In this document: positions 39,035 through 49,600 of the stretch, in pieces
How the letters are laid out: every line of letters begins with the position of its first letter
Position numbering within the stretch: position 1 is the first letter of the stretch
Origin: Coleofasciculus sp. B1-GNL1-01
GTDB lineage: Bacteria > Cyanobacteriota > Cyanobacteriia > Cyanobacteriales > Coleofasciculaceae
DNA length: 64,000 bases
Assembly (NCBI GenBank): GCA_040220235.1
Contig: JAVJTO010000108.1
Reading direction: 5' to 3' (one strand)
Made by a program: the position numbers and the translations under genes
The notes under the pieces: model-generated
Databases searched by the model: none
The model's input: the letters and a program-made list of their open reading frames with translations, nothing else
Told to the model about the DNA's origin: nothing

Positions 39035-39435
39035 GCGACAATAACCTCCTGCACCGGATCATAAACAATGAGTTTAAGCCGAAACCGCTGAATCACGGTT
39101 TGAATAAACTGCAACTTAAAGAAAGCGTGATAGATTCCTGAAGGAACAGCCAAATATAGAACTCTTTCTGGCTCTTGTTCTTCTAATGCCACACGATAAT
39201 TAAAACACTGTCCAATAGCTGTATGAAATTCCGAAATGTTTGACGCCCCAATAAAACTCTTAATTTCCACCGCTATTTTTTCGCCATCCCTTTCCGCCGC
39301 TAAAACTTGCTCCGCCCCCAGGTCAATATACATTTCAACATCACCAATCTTAATCCGAAAAGGGTCATCAGTAATCAGCCAACCCTCTTTTTGCAATCCG
39401 TTCCTAACAGCATTATGAAAAATATCTTTCGCCAC
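39022..39435 (-). CDS. xisH: XisH family protein (GTG start at 39435 likely)
   Basis: AKDIFH..V...L.KEGW.ITDDP, DLGAE, IAVEIKSF, LYLAVP. Confidence 0.92.
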   Translation of the reverse strand: MAKDIFHNAVRNGLQKEGWLITDDPFRIKIGDVEMYIDLGAEQVLAAERDGEKIAVEIKSFIGASNISEFHTAIGQCFNYRVALEEQEPERVLYLAVPSGIYHAFFKLQFIQTVIQRFRLKLIVYDPVQEVIVAWKN

Positions 39436-39610
39436 ATCCCACCCACAGCCAAATTTAATCGTTTTTACTCTTAATTCTACCACAAATACCCACCATGTCT
39501 GATTTAACTAACATCCTGTTGAGGACACGGCAGTGCCGTGTCCCTACCCTTTCCCCGAAATAATTGATTGCGTAGGGACAGGATAATATCGTCCCCTTCT
39601 CAAGACAGAA

Positions 39611-40273
39611 ATGCTAAGATTTAAACCGAGAATAAAAAGCGCGATCGCGAGTTGTCCTATACAAAGCTGTGCTATAAGAAAAGCTTTATATTCCATGAAC
39701 AGTCTCTCACCCGTCATTTTAAATTTAAAACACGTTGGCTTAAGCGATGAGCAATTTTACCAACTCTGCCAAGCCAATGAAACGTGGAAACTGGAACAAA
39801 CCGCTAAAGGAGAATTACTAATTATGCCTCCCGTTGGTGGAGTGAGTGGCAATCGAGAATCCGATTTAATTACCGACGTAAACCTGTGGAATCGCCAAAC
39901 TCAACTAGGAAAAGTCTTTAGTTCATCAACCATCTTTCGCTTACCCAACGGTGGAAAGCGTTCTCCCGATGTGGCTTGGGTAGCCAACCAACGCTGGGAA
40001 TCCCTAACTCCCGAAGAACAAGAAAAATTTCCGCCAATTTGTCCAGATTTTGTGATTGAACTCCGTTCTCGCACCGATTCTCTATCCGACTTACAAGCAA
40101 AAATGCAGGAGTATCTCAATAGTGGTTTACAATTAGGCTGGTTAATTAATCCCCAAGTCCAACAAGTCGAAATTTATCGTCAGAATCAGCCCGTTGAGAT
40201 TGTTCAATTACCCGCCAATTTATCCGGAGAGGATATCTTACCTGGATTTATATTAGAGTTACCCGTTTTCTAA
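39611..40273 (+). CDS. Uma2 family endonuclease-like protein (start probably ATG 39695)
   Basis: RSPDVAW, CPDFVIELRS, KMQEYL..G..LGWLINP. Confidence 0.9.
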   Translation: MLRFKPRIKSAIASCPIQSCAIRKALYSMNSLSPVILNLKHVGLSDEQFYQLCQANETWKLEQTAKGELLIMPPVGGVSGNRESDLITDVNLWNRQTQLGKVFSSSTIFRLPNGGKRSPDVAWVANQRWESLTPEEQEKFPPICPDFVIELRSRTDSLSDLQAKMQEYLNSGLQLGWLINPQVQQVEIYRQNQPVEIVQLPANLSGEDILPGFILELPVF

Positions 40274-40574
40274 GCCAAAATCTTGTAGATTTCCTCTCCC
40301 CACCACAAGACTTATTTAGAATACCCTATATTAGGTTGGGTTTGTAGTGGGGAACCTTAGCCCTAGATTCGGTTGGGTTTCGACTTCGCTCAACCCAACC
40401 TAAAATCTATACTTTCTGATTATTTACACTGGGCAATTGTCCCTTGTTCTGGAGATAAGAAAACCTATAATTACGGCTTTAGTTAGGGTACGGCAGTGCC
40501 GTGCCCCTACCCTAACCCAGAAATCATTGATTGCGTAGGGACACGATACTATCGAACCTTTCTCAATACTGCTT

Positions 40575-40937
40575 TTATAGTAACGGCATAAAACTAATGC
40601 GGTCTTGGTATTCATCTTCCCAAGCTGCCTCAGCTACAATCATCAACTCTTCCATAATTTGCCCCATGGTCATATCCTCATTGATAATAAATATTCCTGG
40701 TACATGATGATTACCTGCCAGATGTTCGGCTAGATGAACTGGCATTGTTTTACGGTTATTCGTAACCAGAATAAATCTATTGTCTTCACACCAAGCAAGA
40801 ATATCTGCATCGGGAGTGCCTTTAGGCGGTGCATTGGGGTCACCAATTACCCAAACTTGCAATTGGGGGTATCGCTGCAACATTTGTGTGCGAAGCACCA
40901 AGGGAATATGTTCATCCAGGAGATATTTAATTGTCAT
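40575..40937 (-). CDS. DUF5615 PIN-like putative toxin
   Basis: YLLDEH, GTPDADIL, ILVTNN, PGIF. Confidence 0.8.
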   Translation of the reverse strand: MTIKYLLDEHIPLVLRTQMLQRYPQLQVWVIGDPNAPPKGTPDADILAWCEDNRFILVTNNRKTMPVHLAEHLAGNHHVPGIFIINEDMTMGQIMEELMIVAEAAWEDEYQDRISFMPLL

Positions 40938-41290
40938 TAAATCACGGCTTTACTTGAAGTATCTTGTTGAGAATCTACTTGTTTTTGGGCTTTCAATTGT
41001 CGTAGCTTTTCAATAAATGGTGGCGGATTTTTCTGTTGTTGTTTTCGCATCTGATGACTCCAGGCTAGCCAATCAGCTAAATAGGTACTCACAGATTCTT
41101 GGTTATGTAAATAGTATAAAATAGTAGCATAAACCTGTTCTAGTGTTACAGTTCGATAACGTTCAGCTATGGCTGAGGGAGTTTGAGCGCGATGGATATA
41201 TTGGTAGAGAATATGTTCTATGCCAATGCGTGTTCCTTTGAGACGAATATCATCAGGAGCTAAGAAATCAAAGTAGTCTTCTAATTGCAT
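40937..41290 (-). CDS. DUF433 putative antitoxin
   Basis: IRLKGTRIGIE, TLEQVYATILYY; 1-bp overlap with the PIN gene. Confidence 0.85.
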   Translation of the reverse strand: MQLEDYFDFLAPDDIRLKGTRIGIEHILYQYIHRAQTPSAIAERYRTVTLEQVYATILYYLHNQESVSTYLADWLAWSHQMRKQQQKNPPPFIEKLRQLKAQKQVDSQQDTSSKAVI

Positions 41291-41550
41291 AAGTATTTAT
41301 TCTAATGCTGCATAAGTGTTTATTCTAACACCAAAATAGATCTTATTATTGGCTTCGAGACATCCTGGTGAAAACAAGGCAGCACCGTTCCCCTACCCTA
41401 ACCCAGAATTCCACGTTCTTTTTCACATTAACCCAAATAAGTGCCTAACGCACCCTACAGGATAGATTCAGAGTTCCGACTGCTTAAATAAGTCAGCAAT
41501 TTAGGTTATAATAACTCATCGTTAAATTAAAACTCTTAATCAATATCCTA

Positions 41551-43038
41551 ATGAAGCTCACCGATATTATCCATCACGATATTCTAATTCACTTAGATAC
41601 CCTGAAAACAGACCCAGAATTAGTCAAGCAAATCCAAACTCAACTGAATCGTTTAGGATTTTACCCTGGTGGTTCTTGGATCGATGGTGACTATGGTCAG
41701 CAGACAGAAAAAGCCATGACTGAGTTCAGTCAATCGGTCTACCTGAATAACATGGAGACTAAGACGTTTGGCAAAGGCTGGGCGCAAAAACTACTACCTG
41801 AGACAGTCAAACCCCTTCCCTCGCTTAAAGACAAAAATAAAGACACAATTTATCAAAGCTTCTTAAAAGAATCCGTTAAAGGTAGCGTTGACAAACCTGC
41901 CCTATTTTATAAAGGTATTGATACCTCTCCTTACAAAACCCAAATTAAAGATTATGCCGCCCGTCTGATGCAGAAGGCTGATGGCAAAACTTTGGTTTCT
42001 GTCACCAAAGACACCGCCCATTTCCAACCTTTCCCATCAGTAGGACAACTGCCAGAGATTGATGACCAAGGCTTAAGCTTTTTGCATCCAGAAATTACTG
42101 AAGCTTGTTTATGTGTCGGTAGTTTTGCCAACGGAGACTTCAAAACCAAATGGCTAGGCAGAAATGCTCTGAGTAAAACCGAATTTTGGAGTAGTAGTAA
42201 AATTATCCCCATTCTCAATGTCGTCTCTCGCAGCAACACCAATGCCTTTCAAACCGATATTGATACCTGTCTGATTCGAGGCAGAGATTTAAGCGGACAA
42301 TACCGAGAACTCTCTGTCCATAATGTGCTTAAAGATATTCTCTCCTACGACTATCGCATTGCCTCATCCAACTCCCTCGCGGCAATGTTAAAACAATTTT
42401 CCACACCCGCCGAGTTAGAAAATTGGCTGAAACGGATGACTGGAAATCAAGACTTGATTTTCACAGGAAGATATGGCGAAGAACCCTTTATCCCAGAACC
42501 CGAATTATCAACGCAATCCCCTCAAGGATTATGGCGTCCCCGAAACGTGATTCTCACAGGTGTATCAGAACGACATCGCGGCGAAAATACGATTACCGCT
42601 TATGATTTAACCCGCATGATCTCGATGTTGGGTTGGCATTATCACATCCCCCAATCCTCACGCTTACCCGGTGCCCAATGGCATAGTTTAGAATCAGTGA
42701 TTCGGGCGATGGGTGCAGATGCAGCGCGTTTAACGGATGTGGCATTAGAGGCACTCGATTTACAGGATAAAATTAGTTCTCCGGTGATTATTTCTAAACT
42801 AGGAAATGGGGTGACTCAAATTCGGAATCGGGCGGAAGCGGTTTATGTGGCATTGGTTCAGTTTATTCAACCCAGTACAATGGGTGTGCCAGAGTTAGTG
42901 ATGTTTAGCATGGCATTAAAGGGGGCAAAGCGGTTAGAACCCAGGGATGCGAAGCGTGAGGTGGTGGAATTGGATGCTAGGATGGCGACGGAAGTGACGG
43001 AAATTATTCGTCGAGGGGCGTTAGGGGAATTGGGGTGA
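41551..43038 (+). CDS. Peptidoglycan-binding domain fused to a putative serine beta-lactamase/PBP-like domain
   Basis: VKQIQTQLNRLGFY..IDGDYGQQT..A..F (PG_binding_1); SSSK, SSN and KLG motifs. Confidence 0.6.
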   Translation: MKLTDIIHHDILIHLDTLKTDPELVKQIQTQLNRLGFYPGGSWIDGDYGQQTEKAMTEFSQSVYLNNMETKTFGKGWAQKLLPETVKPLPSLKDKNKDTIYQSFLKESVKGSVDKPALFYKGIDTSPYKTQIKDYAARLMQKADGKTLVSVTKDTAHFQPFPSVGQLPEIDDQGLSFLHPEITEACLCVGSFANGDFKTKWLGRNALSKTEFWSSSKIIPILNVVSRSNTNAFQTDIDTCLIRGRDLSGQYRELSVHNVLKDILSYDYRIASSNSLAAMLKQFSTPAELENWLKRMTGNQDLIFTGRYGEEPFIPEPELSTQSPQGLWRPRNVILTGVSERHRGENTITAYDLTRMISMLGWHYHIPQSSRLPGAQWHSLESVIRAMGADAARLTDVALEALDLQDKISSPVIISKLGNGVTQIRNRAEAVYVALVQFIQPSTMGVPELVMFSMALKGAKRLEPRDAKREVVELDARMATEVTEIIRRGALGELG

Positions 43039-43310
43039 ATTAAGGTTGGTGGGCAATGCCCACCCTACACTATATCAAGGGTTGAATTCCTGATTTTTTA
43101 TGTATTGACAAAATTGTAAATTTATGAATAATACAAACCTTTACAGTCTTCTAAGCAAGATCCCCGACTTCTTGGAGAAGTCGGGGATCTGTCTGTGTAG
43201 TAAATTTTCCTCAACTTCTCAAGGGCAGCGAGTAGGCAACAGCTATAACATTCCTCTGAGTCCGATAAAGGATTAGAATTGGGGCATGATACTCATTAGC
43301 GATCGCAGAT

Positions 43311-44774
43311 ATGAGCGCAAGTGCAGACATTGTAGAATTAGCCGACGCCTTAGTCTATACCAAGACTGGGCAGCATCTGAATGATCTGCAACGGTTTATT
43401 CTGCGGGAATCATGGCAAGAGACGAAGAAAAACTATGACCAAATGGCTCAAGAGTTGGGGTATTCGGAAAGTTATATTAAGCAATCGGTTGCACCTCAGT
43501 TATGGAAACTGCTGTCCCAAGGACTAGGAGAAAAAGTAACAAAGGCTACTGTTCGCTCTGCCCTAGAACGGCAACTGCTGGCTCAAAATCAATCTAAATT
43601 TAAAACTGTTATTAATAACACTCTATCATCGATAGAAACAGGTTCTTCTGATCGTTCAGATGACCTGGATTACTTACCCAACCCGCGTATTACCCCATCA
43701 GATCAGATCATCTTGCCATCCGTTGACCTGGAATTACCTGATGGTAGTGTTCCCTTAAACTCTCCCTTTTATATCGAGCGAGTTCCCTACGAAGCCCAAT
43801 GTTATCAGGAACTGCTTAAACCTGGCACGTTGATCCGAATTAAAGGACCGAGGCAAATTGGCAAAACCTCGTTGGTTAATCGCTTACTCAGTCGGGGTAT
43901 CGCCAAGGGTTATAAAACGGTCGTTTTAGATTTTCAGCAAGTCGAAGAAACCGTGATTAGCGACTTAAATAAGATGTTGCGCTGGTTATGTGCTAGCTTG
44001 ACGCGCCAATTAAAATTAAAGCCGATGCTCAATGACTATTGGGATGAAGATTTAGGCAGTAAGATGAGTTGCGCTCTCTATATTCGAGAATATATTTTAG
44101 CCGAAATTGATGCTCCGATTGTCTTGGTTTTAGAAGAATTGAGCCTGATTTTCAAACAGGTGAACATTGTCCAAGAATTTCTCACTCTATTGCGGTCTTG
44201 GCATGAGCAAGCTAAAGTTGACCCAATTTGGCAACGGTTACGCTTGATACTCATCCAATCAACTGAGGTCTATGTTCCTTTAGATATCAATCAGTCTCCG
44301 TTTAATGTCGGGCTGGGCGTTGATTTAGAACCCCTGAGTCGAGAACAGGTGCAAGACTTGACTCAGCGTCATGGATTGAGATTAGGGGCGGAACAAATCA
44401 CTCAGCTAATGCAGCTTGTCGGGGGTCATCCTTATCTAGTACGGCTGACGTTATACCATTTAGCTAGACAGGATTTAACGTTTGAGGAGATCCTGCAAAC
44501 AGCCGCAACGGATACGGGAATTTATGCCAACCATCTGCATCGACATTTATGGACACTGCAACATAATCCTAAACTGGCGGCGGCGTTTAATCAGGTTCTC
44601 AGCACTACTGAACCGATTGAGGTGGAACAGGTACAAGGGTTTAAGCTACACAGTATGGGACTGGTCACTCTTCAGGGCAACCAGGTGAGGCTAAGTTGTG
44701 ATTTTTATCGATCCTATTTTCGCGATCGCACCATTAAGTGTCAAGACGCAGACAGTGAGTATAGCAACTGCTAA
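43311..44774 (+). CDS. N-terminal HTH (vMAP-N-like) plus AAA_35 STAND-like ATPase
   Basis: HLNDLQ..IL..Y..MA..LGYS..YIK..LWKLLS..LGEKVTK; GSVPL.SPFYIER; GPRQIGKT; SPFNVG; GGHPYLV. Confidence 0.85.
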   Translation: MSASADIVELADALVYTKTGQHLNDLQRFILRESWQETKKNYDQMAQELGYSESYIKQSVAPQLWKLLSQGLGEKVTKATVRSALERQLLAQNQSKFKTVINNTLSSIETGSSDRSDDLDYLPNPRITPSDQIILPSVDLELPDGSVPLNSPFYIERVPYEAQCYQELLKPGTLIRIKGPRQIGKTSLVNRLLSRGIAKGYKTVVLDFQQVEETVISDLNKMLRWLCASLTRQLKLKPMLNDYWDEDLGSKMSCALYIREYILAEIDAPIVLVLEELSLIFKQVNIVQEFLTLLRSWHEQAKVDPIWQRLRLILIQSTEVYVPLDINQSPFNVGLGVDLEPLSREQVQDLTQRHGLRLGAEQITQLMQLVGGHPYLVRLTLYHLARQDLTFEEILQTAATDTGIYANHLHRHLWTLQHNPKLAAAFNQVLSTTEPIEVEQVQGFKLHSMGLVTLQGNQVRLSCDFYRSYFRDRTIKCQDADSEYSNC

Positions 44775-44800
44775 GACGGTTAGGACACATCATTTATGTA

Positions 44801-45038
44801 GGGCTTGCTGCATAAGCGTGTAAGGTAGACCAGATAAGGGTTTCCAGCCATTTTTCGACCCAACAAGTGCCAGGTTTTTACACTATAACCGTCTTGCATC
44901 CTGGAATTTTCGCCGACAACAGCACCAAATTTCACCTCGACAGAGGGTCAACATCGAGCGAAGTCGAGATGTTAAAACCATTGCCCATTGCCTATTCCCT
45001 ATTGCCTCTCCCCACCACAAGACTTATTCAGCAGCCCC
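44801..45038. mobile_element. MITE family C with 6-bp TSD TATGTA, nested in another repeat
   Basis: Ends GGGCTTGCTG/CAGCAGCCCC; TATGTA at 44795-44800 and 45039-45044; right end is the reverse complement of 24846-24910. Confidence 0.75.
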
Positions 45039-45312
45039 TATGTAGAGACGCGCCATGGCGCGTCTATAACAGCAGAGGAGTTCCAGAGGTGTTGTGATAG
45101 GGTGCGTCTGGAGAGAAGAACCAGAAATGACGAAGTTTTCGAGAAAGTTATTACTTTTTCGATATTGACAAAAACAACAAATAATGCATAAAGCTTAAAG
45201 CCAATCAAGAATTAGTCAATTTTTAGGAATTTTTCTGTATTTTTAGATGCAAATTTAACTGTTATTCTTGATTTAGTCAAGTTAAAGCCGTAGTGATTGA
45301 AGCAAATCCTAT

Positions 45313-45744
45313 ATGGATATGGACAATAAACATATAGAAAGAAAAATTCAAGCGTTAGATGAGTGGATTAAAAACAATTCGGATTCCAGAGAATTGAAAA
45401 GGGCTATGGCGGTCAAACTAACTCTTCGAGGATGGAAGTATAGCTCAATTACTCAATGTCTCAATGTATCGAATGGCTTTATCAGTAAATGGAATAAGCG
45501 GTTTAACGAATTTGGACTAGATGGTCTGAAATTATCTTACAAAGGCTCTAGTGGTTATTTGACAAAACAGCAGAAGCAAGATGTAATAAATTGGTTAAAT
45601 CAAGACGACAATCATGGTTTAGAGAAGGTTAAACGTTATTTAAGGGAGAAATATGATATCAATTTTAAATCCAACTCAAGCTACTATAATTTAATCAAAG
45701 AAGCACAAAACTGTTTCCTTCAGTTCTCTGCGGAGTATTTCTAA
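45313..45744 (+). CDS. IS630-type transposase N-terminal HTH without DDE domain
   Basis: DSRELKRAMAVKL, ISKW.KRF...GLDGLKL.YKGS.GYL, YDINFKS..SYY.L; no catalytic ORF follows. Confidence 0.75.
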   Translation: MDMDNKHIERKIQALDEWIKNNSDSRELKRAMAVKLTLRGWKYSSITQCLNVSNGFISKWNKRFNEFGLDGLKLSYKGSSGYLTKQQKQDVINWLNQDDNHGLEKVKRYLREKYDINFKSNSSYYNLIKEAQNCFLQFSAEYF

Positions 45745-45851
45745 CGGTTGTAGGACTTACACATTGATAAAATAAATACAGCAGATTTCAGGTTGATGAG
45801 GTACAGTCTTCTAAGCAAGATCCCCTTAATGAATGTGATCGCCTTTTATTT

Positions 45852-46499
45852 CTAATCTGACTGCTGTTCTCTCACCCAAGTCCGAAACGCCCGTAATGTT
45901 GCGGTTTCTCCATCCGCTAAACTTTGCCGAATAAACCGAGGAATTGCTGCTAAAGATAGCCATGGAAACGTCGGACTTTTCTCCACAGATTGATAACTCG
46001 TTGATTCTGGAGATAAAACAAATACATCGAGTTTACGTCCATCATAACGCCACAGTTCTGGTACACCAATTGCGGCATAAATTGGTAGTTTATCCATAGA
46101 ACCACTGGTAATATCAATCTCTAAGACTAGATCGGGTGGCGGGTCATTCGCCAAATTAATCTCTTGTTTATGTCTAACCTTGGGTTCATTTTGGATGTAG
46201 TAACAGGAGTCAGGTTCTCCCCCTTTTTGTCGTTTTTCTCGCTTCAGAGTGAGAGAACCAAACCGTTTGAGGTTGAGATTTAATTCATCCGCGATCGCGC
46301 CAATTAAGCTTTCAATAAAGCGGTTATTATTTTCATGAGATCCTAAGGACGTGATGATTTCTAATACTCCGTCATTATAAGCCAAACGAGCGCAGCGTTT
46401 TTCCCCTAAGTCTGCAAGTAACCGCTCAAACGTTTGCCAACTGATATTTGACAGAATGACCCGATGTTCGGCTAGTTCAAACGTAGCTGTTGTCATCAC
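45852..46499 (-). CDS. Uma2 family endonuclease-like protein
   Basis: ISWQTFE, EPDSCYYI, PPDLVLEIDITS, IY..IGVPELWRY. Confidence 0.9.
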   Translation of the reverse strand: MMTTATFELAEHRVILSNISWQTFERLLADLGEKRCARLAYNDGVLEIITSLGSHENNNRFIESLIGAIADELNLNLKRFGSLTLKREKRQKGGEPDSCYYIQNEPKVRHKQEINLANDPPPDLVLEIDITSGSMDKLPIYAAIGVPELWRYDGRKLDVFVLSPESTSYQSVEKSPTFPWLSLAAIPRFIRQSLADGETATLRAFRTWVREQQSD

Positions 46500-46647
46500 C
46501 TATTCCTGACAAAATTATCCCTTTTGTAGGGGTGTAAAAATGAAAGTAATAATTGGGTAAAAATGGACTTTTTCCTTGTAATGGTATAGCTTCCCGCTTA
46601 ATTCAGCAAGTCCCTAAGATGAGTGCCCCATCCCTCTACCTTCTCCA

Positions 46648-49600
46648 TTGCCCTTGTTCTTTTCCATTCTTGGAGTATTATTAGAGTTGGGATTTGCCAG
46701 AAGCAGGGGGCTAGGATTGATGACTATAATCATGTTTCTCAAACAGGGGCGATCGCTGACCTTCCCGTTAGTCTGGCTAACCCTTTTCAATCCGGCGGTT
46801 CAGGCTCAGTTAATTCCCGATAATACCTTAGGCACAGAAGCCTCTATCGTTACTCCTCAAGAGGCGCGAGACTTAATTGAAGGTGGGGCAAAGCGTGGGA
46901 GTAACTTGTTCCATAGTTTTAGTGAGTTTAACGTTAGTTTCGACCAACAGGTTTACTTTGCCAATCCGGAGGGCATCGCGAATATCCTCACGCGAGTTAC
47001 AGGTGATCACCGCTCAAATATCTTCGGCACTTTAGGTGTTGATGGCAATGCCAACCTCTTTTTACTCAATCCCAATGGCATTCTTTTTGGTGCAGATGCC
47101 CAATTAGATGTAGGGGGTTCATTTGTGGCGAGTACCGCAGATGGGATCAAATTGGGAAACGATGGTGTGTTTCGGGCGAAAAATCCCCAAGATAGTCAAC
47201 TGTTGGCAATTCAACCGGGTGTTTTATTTTTAGACGCCCTGCGCCAACAGCAAGCCGAGATTCGGAATCAGGGAAATTTAAGCGTCGGTGCAGGAGAAAC
47301 CCTGAGGCTAGATGGGGATAGGGTGATTAGTACAGGTTCATTGACCGCTCCTGGCGGTACGATTCAGGTATTCGGGGAGGAGGTTCAGTTATTAGAAACT
47401 GCCAAAATTGATGTGTCTGCGTCCACAGGTGGCGGTAGCGTAGCAATTGGTACCGGGGAACAAGTGACTATTGATTCAGGGGTACAAATTCACGCTGATT
47501 CCCTAAATCAGGGGGATGGCGGTAGCGTAATTATTCGGGCGAATGGAACCACACAATTTGAGGGAACCATTACCGCCCGTGGTGCGAGTGATAATCCTCA
47601 ATCTAATGGGGGTTTTGTAGACGTATCTGGTGGATATTTAGAGTTTACCGGAATCGTGGATACGACAGCACCTTTGGGAGACGTGGGTACCCTGTTACTC
47701 GACCCGAAAAATATTTGGATTCAAGCGGATGGAAGTGACCCAGCCGAGGGACAAACCTTTGAGACGAATCCAACAGAGGTATCGATTATTAATGGTAATG
47801 TGCTTGGCTCGGCTCTCGCCACTAACTCCGTCACGTTACAGGCAAATAATGATATTGCCATTAACCAGAGTATTTTTAGCCCATCAAGCAATAGTTTAAC
47901 GTTACAGGCAGGACGTTCGATTACCATTGCCGATAACTTGCTAATCCTTCTCGATGGTGGAGACTTTATTGCCAAAATTAATGACGAAAATGCGATCGCG
48001 TCTCAACGGGATGCTGGAGTCGCTCAGTTTTTGATGAATCCGGATTCTACTCTGACATCCCTTGGGGGGAGGATCGAGATTACCTCCGGAACCTTTGCCG
48101 ATACCAGTCAAATTAACACGGCTAATAGTACAATCAGCAGCGCCGATGTTTTGGGCAATAGTGGCAGAAGTGGTGATATTAGTCTCTTTGCCCTGGGTAA
48201 TGTCACCACAGGGCTTGTCAATACTGGACGAACCATTGGCGGGGATGTCGTAGCGAACAATGGCGGTAATATCACCATTAAAAGTGAAAATGGGGCGATC
48301 GCGACCACGGATTTTGTGACGAGCGATGGGATCAATCAAGCAGGGAATGTTTTACTGGAGGCTAGCGGGAATCTGAGTGTTGATGAGAATATCACCTCAA
48401 CCTCAACTGAAGGCATAGGCGGAAATATTACCCTGAACAGTGAAAAGGGGGCGATCACGACCTCCGCCATGCTGATCAGCGATAGTCTAAATCAGGCTGG
48501 TGATATCTCACTCGATGCTAGCGGAAATCTTGATATTAACGGGAATATCAGTTCCAGGGGAGAAATCGGCGGGAACATTACCCTCAACAGTCAAAATGGC
48601 GCGATCGCAACTACGGCGTCTCTAGTGAGTGATGGTATCACTCAAGCGGGAACAATTTCTGTTGATGCCGCCGGAACCCTAACTACGATGGAAACTATTA
48701 TTGCCAATTCCCAGAATCAAGCTGGTGATATCTCACTCCATGCGATCGGGGATGTCAGTATTAACCGGAATATCAACGCAATGGGAGAAATTGGCGGGAA
48801 TATTACCCTGAGAAGTGAAAATGGAGGGATCACCACTACAGCAGCTCTGGTTAGCAATAGTTTAAATCAAGGCGGAGATATCTCTGTTGAGGCTCACGAG
48901 AATCTGAGTATTAACCAGAATATCGCCTCAAGGGGAGAAATCGGTGGGAACATTACCCTCAAAAGTGAAAATGGGGCAATCACTACTACAGCAGCTCTGG
49001 TTAGCGAGGGTATCAATCAAGCGGGTGATATCTCTGTTGATGCAGCCGGAGATCTAAATACGATGGGAAATATTGTTGCCAATTCCGAGAATCAAGCTGG
49101 AGATCTTTCACTCAATGCGATCGGGGATCTGAGTGTTAATAAAACCATCGCATCGGATGGCAATTTTGCCGGACAAATCACGCTTAACAGTGGTGGACTG
49201 TTTTGGCATAGAGGAAATACTATCACCAACAGTGGCAGACTTCCTGGCGTGGCAAAAGGAATTACGATTACCGCTCAATCTATCCTTGTTGAAGAAGATG
49301 CGTCTATTTTTTCCTTTGCCTTCAATGAAGCTCAAGGAGGAATGGTACAGATTAATGCTGCTGATGACATAGTGATTCGGAATAGTAATATTGGGACGGC
49401 GGCTGCTCCTGTTCCGGGTAGTGCTGAAATGAGTAGTGCTGACGCGGGGGATATCAACCTAAATACTCGTCGATTAACGATTATCCAAGACCCTGAGACA
49501 ACATTCCCATTTGGCGTTGGGGTTGGTTCTAATACCGATCCAAGCAACAGTGGTAATGCCGGAAATGTCACGATTAATGCCACGGAGTCTGTCGAAATTA

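Noticed and set aside
38699..39435. fdxN-type excision element implied by xisH/xisI
   Set aside because: No XisF-like recombinase or interrupted nif gene; xisHI pairs are commonly dispersed in cyanobacteria.
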